Source: Octopus bimaculoides (lineage: Eukaryota). Taken from it: a stretch of 41,754 bases of DNA. Location: positions 9,152,469 to 9,194,222 of the forward strand of contig NC_068987.1 in assembly GCF_001194135.2 (NCBI RefSeq), read 5' to 3'. The notes under the pieces were generated by a model. The model had not been told where the DNA came from, did no database searches, and worked only from the letters and a program-made list of their open reading frames with translations. Position 1 is the first letter of the stretch; the number at the start of each line of letters is the position of its first letter. The position numbers were made by a program, and so were the translations under genes. Below, one piece after another: positions 32,640 to 41,754 of the stretch.

Positions 32640-32772
32640 TATATACGATGGGCTTCTTTCAGTTTCCGTCTACCAAATCCACTCACAAGGCTATGGTCGG
32701 CCCACGCAGTGGGACTGAACTCGGAACCATGTGGTTGGTAAGCAAGCTACTTACCACACAGCCACTCCTGCA
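32345..32772 (-). mobile_element. SINE family B, near full-length with internal (CA)n(TA)n and a deletion in the CORE-like part
   Basis: ttgactgcggccatgctggagcaccgc tail to gcaagctacttaccacacagccactcctgc head. Confidence 0.92.
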
Positions 32773-33855
32773 CACTATAAACAAATAATTTGTGCGACAA
32801 AAGCTGAACGCTCATATCCCGTCTTCGACGGAAGAATCCATCGTGTGATACACATATAGTGCAAAAACAGCCAACAGACTGCGATAGTCAATAAAATAGA
32901 AATGAAATTTTAAAATTTATTCTCTCTGTGCAGCGTGATGCCAAATGATTCACGACCTGGTGGTGGGAGAGCCCTGGTTTAAATTTCAGAATTAATAGCT
33001 TTAAGATAGAGATATGTTCAACCTTAACTCGCACGAGATTGTGTGCGTTAGAGAGATAATATGTGAGAGAGGCGGAAGTAAGGTAAAAGAGAAAGGAAGT
33101 AAGGTAAAATCTGGCGTTAAATCGGTGACAAATTGGGTGTTATGATCTTTGTAGGGAAATTTTTAAAAAATCTTTATATTGCTCGTCTGTTTATGTGTCA
33201 AGGTGCTCATGTCTGTAAGACAGAGAAGATAGAGAGAGAGTCTAAGAGCGAGAGAGAGAGAGCGTGACAGTGCGAGAGAGTAAGAGAGACAGACAGAGAT
33301 AGACAGATAGGAAGGCAGACATAGAGAGACGGAGAGAGTGACAGAAAATGAGAGAGGGCGAGAGAGGGGATAAGCAGACTTGCATCCGTCGTAACCGCTT
33401 GACTTTCAACATCATAACCGAACCATAAACATGAATTTTGTATGTGTGTCTGTTAATATAAATATCAGTTAACATATATACATATATACCTCAGAATGAT
33501 TCGCATGCAACACGACTGCATCTCTCTCTCTCTCTCACACACACACACATACACACGAAGCTAATTTAATATATTACATATATACCTGCGTATGTGTTAT
33601 ATGCGTGTATGAACGTGTGTGCGCACGCATGTCGGAGTGTGTGCTGCATTTGGTTGTTTGTATATATTTGCACTATAAATATCAACATAGACGCATACAG
33701 TGAGCAATATTTGGCGAGGATAAGGCGTTCGTAAATACACATATACACGTTAATGTAGATGCAGGCGTATCAATGGACCCGAGTCTACATAGAAAGCGAC
33801 ACAAAAGCACAATCACTGCTCATATCCGGCAAATAAATTTTTTTAATTTTTTTTA

Positions 33856-34124
33856 TTTATGCGCCCTTTTAAAGCCTAGCCAGGCTCATGGACCCCGTTT
33901 CCCGGTTTCTATGGCGTATGTGTTCCCCCCAGTTGGACGGGACGCCAGTCCATCGCAGCGTTACTCAAGAAACAGGAAAGAGTGAGAGAAAGTTGGGGCA
34001 AAAGAGTACAGGTGTTTAGGTGTTTTCGCTCAATAAACACTCACAAAGCCCGGTCTGGGAATCGAAACAGCGATCCCCCAACCGCGTGTCCGCTGCCCTA
34101 ACCACTGGGCCATTGCGCCTCCAC
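33856..34124 (-). mobile_element. SINE with family-C head and a different tail
   Basis: 33968-34124 matches the C head (internally deleted); 33856-33967 on the reverse strand reads gctgcgatggactggcgtcccgtccaactggggggaacacatacgccatagaaaccggg...aaagggcgcataaa. Confidence 0.85.
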
Positions 34125-34444
34125 GGCAAATAAAATACTCCAAGATTTCTAATGCTTCGTCCTCTCTAGTCTTAGACAACATGCTTCTAAAACCCTCAAA
34201 GTAACCCCAAAATCGCTGAGGCTCGTAACTTTCTAACGATCTCTCCCTGTGATCCTTTAACGATAGTTAAGTCTCCATCTTAACGACTGTTAGCTTTTCT
34301 TTTTTAGGGGCCGAAAATATTTTAGATCTGATGAAATGTTAACCCTTAAGTTCAAAATGAGACCTACTAAAGAAATAATCCTTCCAAATCTGAGCAACGC
34401 TGATTTTTGGAAAAGAAAAGGAAAAAAAAAATATTTACAATCAC

Positions 34445-35212
34445 ATGATTTCGGGTTCAGACCCACTGCGCGGCACCTTGGGCAAGTGTCTTCTACTATG
34501 GCCTCGGGCCGACTAATGCCTTGTGAGTAAATTTGGTTGATAGGAACTGTGTAGAACCTGTCGTGTATGCATATATACATGTATGTATGTATGTATGTAT
34601 GTAGGAGTGACTGTGTAGTAAGAAGCTTGCTTTCCAACAGCATGGTTCAGGGTTCAGTCCCACTGCGTGGCACCTTGGACAAGTGCCTTCTACTATAGCC
34701 TCGAGTCAACTAAAGCCTTGTGAGTGGGTTTGGTAGACGGAAACTAAAAGAAGCCTGTTGTGTATATATATGTATATACCTATGTGTGTGTATCTTTGCG
34801 TCTGTGTTTGCTCTCCCACCACCGCTTAACAAACGGTGTGGGTGTGTTTACGTCCCCGTAACCCAACGGTCCGGCTAAAGAGATCAATAGAATAAGTACC
34901 AGGCTTGATTTATTCGGCTAAAATTCTTAGACGCGTTGCCCCAGCATGGCCGCAGTCTAATGACTGATACAAATAAATGAATAAAAGAATATGCATGTAT
35001 GTATGTATATGTGTGTGTGCGTGTGTTTGTATTTATTCCTCCACTATCGCATGACAACCAGTGTTGGTTTGTTTACATCCCCACAACTTACTTAAGCAGT
35101 CGGGCAAAAGACACCTGCTGAATAACTACTAGGGATTAAATTATTCAACAGAACCCTTCAAGGTGATGCCCCAGCATAGGCGCAGTCCAGTGACTGAAAC
35201 AAATACAAGATA
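34445..35212 (+). mobile_element. SINE-B nested in SINE-B: outer head 34445-34565, inner full copy ~34603-34988, outer tail ~35030-35212
   Basis: Order is head, microsatellite, head, microsatellite, tail, microsatellite, tail, all on the + strand. Confidence 0.75.
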
Positions 35213-35479
35213 CTAAAAATTCATCCTAAATTAAGGCGGATAAATAACGAAGGTCACCTAATTAATTAGCACCCAGTCACTCACAAACACACATCTACCT
35301 CTTGTAGACGCATTACGCGCTGGTCTCTCCTTCTGTCTATTTTACTGCTACTACAACGGTATATGCTCATTTGAACTAACTAGTAACATACTATCGCCTA
35401 CAATATCTACTCGTCTCTTATCATATCCCCCATACTGTGCATATGTCTCTCTCTCCCTCTCTTACTGTTTCTCTGTCTG

Positions 35480-35516
35480 TCTGTCTCCCCCTCTCTCTCT
35501 CTCTCTCTCTCTCTCT

Positions 35517-35554
<38 letters not shown>

Positions 35555-35560
35555 CTGCCT
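35480..35560. repeat. (CT)n(TATC)n microsatellite
   Basis: Direct reading. Confidence 0.9.
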
Positions 35561-36274
35561 TTCTGTCTCTCTCCAACTAAGCTCCAACACTAAAATCTAT
35601 ACTTAATCCTTCCACTTTATAACATTAATCCACTCGAATCCTTCGCCGCCTATGTTTTCTTCTTTTCTTTTCTTTTTTTCTTCTTCTTTCTTTTCTTTTC
35701 ATTTTTCACGCTGTCGTCGACCTACAGATATTCAAAATATGAACATCAGTCGTATTGATCTGATCTGACAAGTCTNNNNNNNNNNNNNNNNNNNNNNNNN
35801 NNNNNNNNNNNNNNNNNNNNNNNNNNNNNNNNNNNNNNNNNNNNNNNNNNNNNNNNNNNNNNNNNNNNNNNNNNNNNNNNNNNNNNNNNNNNNNNNNNNN
35901 NNNNNNNNNNNNNNNNNNNNNNNNNNNNNNNNNNNNNNNNNNNNNNNNNNNNNNNNNNNNNNNNNNNNNNNNNNNNNNNNNNNNNNNNNNNNNNNNNNNN
36001 NNNNNNNNNNNNNNNNNNNNNNNNNNNNNNNNNNNNNNNNNNNNNNNNNNNNNNNNNNNNNNNNNNNNNNNNNNNNNNNNNNNNNNNNNNNNNNNNNNNN
36101 NNNNNNNNNNNNNNNNNNNNNNNNNNNNNNNNNNNNNNNNNNNNNNNNNNNNNNNNNNNNNNNNNNNNNNNNNNNNNNNNNNNNNNNNNNNNNNNNNNNN
36201 NNNNNNNNNNNNNNNNNNNNNNNNNNNNNNNNNNNNNNNNNNNNNNNNNNATATATATATATATATATATATAC

Positions 36275-36435
36275 ATACGATGGGCTTCTTTCTGTTTCCG
36301 TCTGACAAGTTAACTTAGAAGGTCTTGGTCGACCCGAGGCTATAGAAGAAAACACTTGCCTAATGTGCCAAGCAGTGGGACTGAACCCGGAGCCATGTGG
36401 TTGGGAAGCAAGCTTCTTAATACGCAACCTCGTCT
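36275..36435 (-). mobile_element. SINE family B head
   Basis: cgatgggcttctttctgtttccgtc...cgaggctatagaagaaaacacttgcc...gtgggactgaacccggagccatgtggttggg. Confidence 0.85.
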
Positions 36436-36879
36436 AGGGATATTTTATCAACGAGTAATAAAAGCTTTTTGTTGTTGTTGTTGTTCTCGGATGTGGGCCA
36501 TAAATTCCGTCACTGGAGCTGCAGACGAAACTCGCTTTGTGAATTTTGATAAAGAGAGCAGAACAATGGTTTGGTGCCAATGAAATGCATGCTGGGGCTT
36601 GATCAATCCCGGCTGAGTCAACTTGGCAAGTGGGGTCTGCTGTTGAAGGAACCGAAAATTCCATGACACCCGAGACGTATCACTGATGATGTACCCCAGA
36701 GTAACCCCAGAGCCATCTGCGAGATGTATTTTAAAAACTTAAACTAAGCAAAACTGAGAACGGGAATGTTAGTCTCAAATATATTGCAAGCATTTTCTGA
36801 CACACTTAAGAAATTCTTGGGCTCTGGTTACATTGTACCCCCTGCACTTCCTTTCATAATAACTACTCATTCAAGCGCA

Positions 36880-36880
36880 T

Positions 36881-36935
<55 letters not shown>

Positions 36936-36998
36936 TATAGATAGATAGATAGATACATACATACATACATACATACATACATACATACATACATACAC
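36880..36998. repeat. (GATA)n(CATA)n microsatellite
   Basis: Direct reading. Confidence 0.95.
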
Positions 36999-37040
36999 TT
37001 GTATTTGAACGTCTTTCTACACACGTAAATGAGCGTAGGA

Positions 37041-37366
37041 TTGGCACTCTGTCGCTTACCACGACGTGAGTTCCAGTTGATTCGATCAACAGAACAGCCT
37101 GCTGGTGCAATTAATGTGCAAGTGGCTGAGCACTTCGCAGACATGCGTACCCTTAACGTAGATCTCAGAGAGATTCTGCGAGACACAGAATGCGACAAGG
37201 CTGGCCCTTTCAATTACAGATGCAAACTCATTTTTGCTAGCTGATTGGACTGGAGCAACGTGAAATAAAGTGTTCTTCTCCGGGACACAACGCACCGCCG
37301 GAAATCGAACTCATGATCTTACGATCGTGAGTCGAATACCCAAACCACTATACCACGTGCATTCAC
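37041..37366 (-). mobile_element. SINE family D, full-length (D head plus tail shared with C)
   Basis: ttggcactctgtcgcttacc...cccttaacgtag...ggactggagcaacgtgaaataaagtg...gaaatcgaactcatgatc...ccacgtgcattcac. Confidence 0.85.
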
Positions 37367-37454
37367 AAGTGTGCAACATGTAAACATACAAACACACACA
37401 AAGTTAACATTAAGCGCATATATAAGCATACATAAATATGGCCCAAAATAAGAA

Positions 37455-37575
37455 AAACACAAAGACGAGGTGAACAAACAGAATATATAAAGCTCATTTA
37501 TGTTCAGCAAGAAATGGAATACGTCTTTAGCGTTTCGAGCCTACGCTCTTTTTCTACGGAAAGGAGAGACAAGTA
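37455..37575 (-). mobile_element. Family E relic (Penelope-like)
   Basis: Reverse strand cctttccgtagaaaaagagcgtaggctcgaaacgctaaagac. Confidence 0.5.
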
Positions 37576-38371
37576 GAGAAAAAATGGAGAGAAAAGAAAT
37601 CGTGTCTGAATTAAACACATATAACATGGAGGTAAACACGCTCACGCAAAGATAACATTAAGTCTATGCATACATATGTACACGCAAATATATACAGTTA
37701 TGCAATTTCACATTAGAATGGATCTGAGTACATAAACAACAAAGTACGTATATAAGCCTAAGTTATATCCGGGGGACAATGACGAGACCTCTACTTAGTT
37801 TCTCGATAACTAGAAAATGCAAACAAATCTCCTTCAAAATCACACCTATTTTTCTTTGAAATATTCCACATTTGATAAGACTGAGGAAACAATGTGCCTG
37901 GAAAACTGTGGAATGGTCATGGATGTATTGTCTTTGATTATAGCTCCATCGAATCGCAGCTGACCGTGTGTTAAACAACATTACCAGCCATACACACGCA
38001 CATACACATACACAAACAAACATAAACACACAGACACACACTCACACATTTACGCTGAAATACACCAAGCAGACCCAAACAGGAGATAGATCTCACACGC
38101 ATATTCGTACAAAACTATGGATATACATATACATACATACACATTGATAGGCATACATACTTACACAAATACATATACAATGGTAGAAGTATATACATAT
38201 TACAGAGACAACGATAGACACACACACACCACACAAACTAGACAAACATACAAACATACACACGTCAACGCCTCACCATATTTGTCTCTCTTTCTCTCTC
38301 ACTATGCGTGTCTGTCTATTTGTTTGTCTCTCTCTCTCTCTCTCTCCTTGTCTCTCTCTCCTCTTTCTCCT

Positions 38372-38404
<33 letters not shown>

Positions 38405-38769
38405 TACACATTCACATCTCCACTTACACCCACACACAAGGACGCATAATCGTTGGCGAGTCGGTTGGCTTTAGTGACTCAATCTGCAAGTGTGTATCTG
38501 AGTGTGTGTGCGTGAGTGCGTGTGTGTGTGCGTGCGTGCATGCGCATGTGTATCTTTGTGGACATGTGCAATGATTTCCCTCTTTCTAAGTGTATGTGTG
38601 TGCATGTAGCTGTCTATGTGTCTGAGTACAAATGATCGATCGTCCATCAAAACATGCATATACAATATGTATACACTGTAAACATACATATACATGTATA
38701 CATGTAACAATACACACACACACATACATACATACACACACACATATATATAGATATATATGTATATAT

Positions 38770-38990
38770 TAAGGCGACGAGCTGGCAAAATCGTTACCAC
38801 GCCGGGCAGGCGGCATTTCGTCCGTCCTCACGTTCCGAGTTTCGAATTCTGCCAAGGTCGATTTTGCCTTTTATCCTTTCTGGATTGATAAATAAAATAA
38901 AATAAGTACCAGTTGAACACTGGCGGGGGGTTGGCGATGTAATCGACTTATCCTCCCCCTAAATTACTGGCTTTGTGTCGAAATTAGTAA
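38770..38990 (+). mobile_element. SINE family A, diverged
   Basis: taaggcgacgagctggcaaaatcgttaccacgccggg...ggtcgattttgccttttatcctttc...aagtaccagttgaacactgg. Confidence 0.85.
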
Positions 38991-38997
38991 TCAAAGG

Positions 38998-39372
38998 CTC
39001 AGGCGTGGCTGTGTGGAAAGAAGCTTGCTTCCCAACCACATGATTCCGGGTTCAGTCCCACTGCGTGGTACTTTCGGTAAGTATAGTCTCGGGCCGACAA
39101 AAGTCTTGCGAGTGGATTTGATAGATGAAAACTGAAAGAAGCCCGTNNNNNNNNNNNNNNNNNNNNNNNNNNTGTGTGTGTGTGTGTGTGTGTGTCTGCG
39201 TTTATCTCCCCATCATCGGTTGACAACCGGGATTGGTGTGTTTACATCCCTGTAACTTAGCGTTTAGGCAAAGACCGGCAAAATAAGTATTAGGAATTTG
39301 TTCGACAAAAAACACGTCAAGGCGGTGCTCCGGCATGGCCGTAGTCAAATGACTGAAACAAGTAAAAAAATT
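38998..39372 (+). mobile_element. SINE family B, near full-length; internal microsatellite spans a gap
   Basis: caggcgtggctgtgtggaaagaagcttgc...aaggcggtgctccggcatggccgtagtcaaatgactgaaacaagt. Confidence 0.9.
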
Positions 39373-39379
39373 GAAAATG

Positions 39380-39665
39380 TAAGAAGGCACGTGTGTGTGC
39401 GCGTGTGTGAGTGTGTGTGCGTATGTATGTGTGTGTCTATGTGTGTATGCGTGCGTGTATGTGTATGTGTGCGTGCATGCGCGTGTATGTGTGCATTTGT
39501 GTGCGTGTATGTGTATGTATGTTTGTGTGCGTGCGTGTGTATGTGTGAGCGTATGTCTGTGTGTCTGTGCGTGCGTGTACATGTGTGTAAGTATGTGTGT
39601 GTGCACGCGTGTATACGTGTGCGTGTGTGTGCGTACGTGTGTATGTGTGTTCGTGTCTGTCTGTA
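39380..39665. repeat. Degenerate (TG)n array
   Basis: Direct reading. Confidence 0.9.
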
Positions 39666-39982
39666 AATATGCAAGAAGCATGCCTGTCATCCGTGCAAGA
39701 GACATTGTAGAAAATACATGGTAGAGATGCTTGCTGTTCCGTCAGACATCGGCAGACGGCAGTATACTAAACGGAGTCAACTGTTTGACCTCATTTGCTC
39801 ACAGGTATCCAAGCAACAGGTGATACACCCTGCTGGCTTCTAGGAGTGTCGGGAAGCGCTTATTATGGCGTTCATGCGTTTCCTTCAACGCTATACAGAT
39901 CAAATGAAAACAAGCGATCGAATCTCGTTCGCGGATTTGATTCGTCGAAAAACTTACCCTCCTATGCTTTTTTTTTCGCGCT

Positions 39983-40109
39983 CATACATACATACATACA
40001 TACATACATACATACACATACATACATATATATATATATATACATACATACACACACATATATACATGCATGCATGCATACACACATATATATACACACA
40101 TACATACAT

Positions 40110-40152
<43 letters not shown>

Positions 40153-40420
40153 CACATACATACATGCATGCAACATACATACACACACATACTTAAATTC
40201 ANNNNNNNNNNACATACATACATGCATGCAACATACATACACACACATACTTAAATTCATAAATACATATACATACATATATATATTTGTATATATTTGT
40301 GTATAAACACATTCACATACATGCATACAAACACATACATACATACATACATATATACACGCACACATACATAGATACATTCCTACTTACATTCATACAT
40401 ATATACATACATATATATAT
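39983..40420. repeat. Degenerate (CATA)n/(TA)n array
   Basis: Direct reading. Confidence 0.9.
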
Positions 40421-40424
40421 ATAA

Positions 40425-40612
40425 CCTCGTGGACATCGGTGGCGATTTTTTCTTCCTCTGTTTTCCCCTTCTTTGAACATTCCTTGTGTCCGACGAAGGG
40501 CTTCGGCCGAAACGTCATACTTTCTCTTTCCTTTCTCGAGCGTCTAATAACACTATCCGTATCACGTCCTCACGTTGTTGTTTTTTGTTATTGTTTTTTG
40601 TATTTTTTGAAC
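40425..40612 (+). mobile_element. Family E-related Penelope-like relic containing a minimal hammerhead-like motif at 40486-40520
   Basis: gtgt-ccgacga-ag-ggc ttcg gcc-gaaac-gtc-atac; the downstream ctcgagcgtctaataac segment resembles the other E copies. Confidence 0.55.
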
Positions 40613-40613
40613 T

Positions 40614-40614
<1 letters not shown>

Positions 40615-40668
<54 letters not shown>

Positions 40669-41060
40669 GTATACATTTATGTATAAACACACACATACAT
40701 GCATACATTCATACATGTATACATACATTTAAACATAAATACCATACTCGTGCATATAATTCCACACATAAATCCACTCCGTACACACACACATACACAC
40801 ACATACACACACAAACACACACACACACACACTCACACACTCGCACTACTTCATATACACATACACATCATATATACTCATACACTCATATCATATACAA
40901 ACACACGCACACCCGTCATATTCAAACACGTACATACATACATTCAGCATATATAAGCACATACACACACAGCGTATATATACACATGCATCATATACAT
41001 ACACACAACATTTATAAACACACTCGACACACGCATTATATACGAACGTACGAACACATC
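40615..41060. repeat. (TA)n and degenerate CA-rich array
   Basis: Direct reading. Confidence 0.85.
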
Positions 41061-41126
41061 TTCAGACAGCAGACGGCGCTAAATAACTAGGGTGTTATCC
41101 CGTTCACACCCTGACAAGCAGACATG

Positions 41127-41159
<33 letters not shown>

Positions 41160-41494
41160 TCAAATTAGTCACAGACAAGAGTATTAACCACTATTTCACA
41201 CACACACACACACATAGATGTTATAAACAGCCATCAGACGGAGGAGACGTCGATTTTAAAACCGTTTGACGCCTCTCATTCGCATCATTATCACGGCGGC
41301 GGCGGCCACCAACACCACCATACTCTGCGTGATAGGGGAAAGAGAAAACGAAACCCGGCTGAATCGGACTACAACCATAGGAAGGTGGTAGTAGGATGAG
41401 TGGGTGGTATTTAGCACAACGATCTTTGTTAGAAGTGTGTTACACTACGAATCCTAAGACCCAGTCATCGGCAATGCTGCAGCCAGTAATAATG

Positions 41495-41680
41495 CTTCAA
41501 ATGTTGGTGCAGGATCAGCCAAATTTAGAAGGACAGTACTAGTGATCGAACGGTTCTTTATTTATCGACCCCGAAAGGATGAAAGGCAAAGTCGATTTCG
41601 GTGGAATTTGAAATCCGAACGTAGAGACGTGCGAAACACCGCTAAGCATTTTGTCCGGCGCGCAAACGATTTTGCCTTTC
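41495..41680 (-). mobile_element. SINE family A, diverged, followed by (TAA)n/(TGA)n
   Basis: tatcgaccccgaaaggatgaaaggcaaagtcgatttcggtggaatttgaa...gctaagcattttgtccggcgcg. Confidence 0.85.
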
Positions 41681-41694
41681 CCTGCTCGACGCTT

Positions 41695-41696
41695 TG

Positions 41697-41730
<34 letters not shown>

Positions 41731-41754
41731 TGATGATGATAGTAATAATAATAA
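41695..41754. repeat. (TAA)n/(TGA)n microsatellite
   Basis: Direct reading. Confidence 0.92.

Noticed and set aside
36490-36583. Peptide VTGAADETRFVNFDKESRTMVW resembling the mariner first-Asp motif (VTGDETW...DPE)
   Set aside because: It needs gaps, lacks the conserved W, and the downstream sequence shows no transposase similarity.
40153-40260. Exact ~48-bp direct repeat on both sides of the 10-N gap at 40202-40211
   Set aside because: Typical scaffolding artefact from unmerged overlapping contig ends; the 10-N gap at 706-715 is probably similar.
16-41090. Long ORFs in the supplied track (HTYI, MYVC, VCVC, poly-S/I/L/F and X-rich translations)
   Set aside because: They are translations of microsatellites, SINEs or N-gaps with no protein-like complexity.

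Overview
AT-rich eukaryotic genomic DNA from a gapped scaffold. N-runs lie at 706-715, 7435-8116, 14824-15173, 20440-21144, 21898-21997, 24777-25230, 30200-30886, 35776-36250, 39147-39172 and 40202-40211, mostly next to microsatellites. The very high density of compound microsatellites and the tRNA-derived SINE families resemble an octopus (coleoid cephalopod) genome; this is inferred from recalled repeat sequences, not from a database search. No host protein-coding gene, rRNA, true tRNA or CRISPR array is supportable. Essentially every ORF in the supplied track is a microsatellite, SINE or N-gap artefact. The window is intergenic or intronic and holds about 45 SINE copies or fragments, which I label A, B, C and D by their heads. 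It also has decayed autonomous-element fragments: a CR1/L2-group LINE 3' end, an RTE LINE fragment and a DD37D/maT-like mariner transposase. There are hAT-type MITEs and Penelope-like relics with hammerhead-like cores. The most striking structures are: (1) a ~413-bp fold-back with ~193-bp arms at ~95% identity, bracketed by a 14-bp direct repeat; (2) a LINE 3' UTR that matches the SINE-B tail, making it the candidate mobilising partner; (3) a 3-forward/3-reverse SINE-A cluster with a thrice-repeated target sequence that recurs 21 kb away; (4) a three-level nested insertion with a recognisable 8-bp TSD. Repeat boundaries were read by eye and are approximate (about +/-10-20 bp) unless given as exact motifs.
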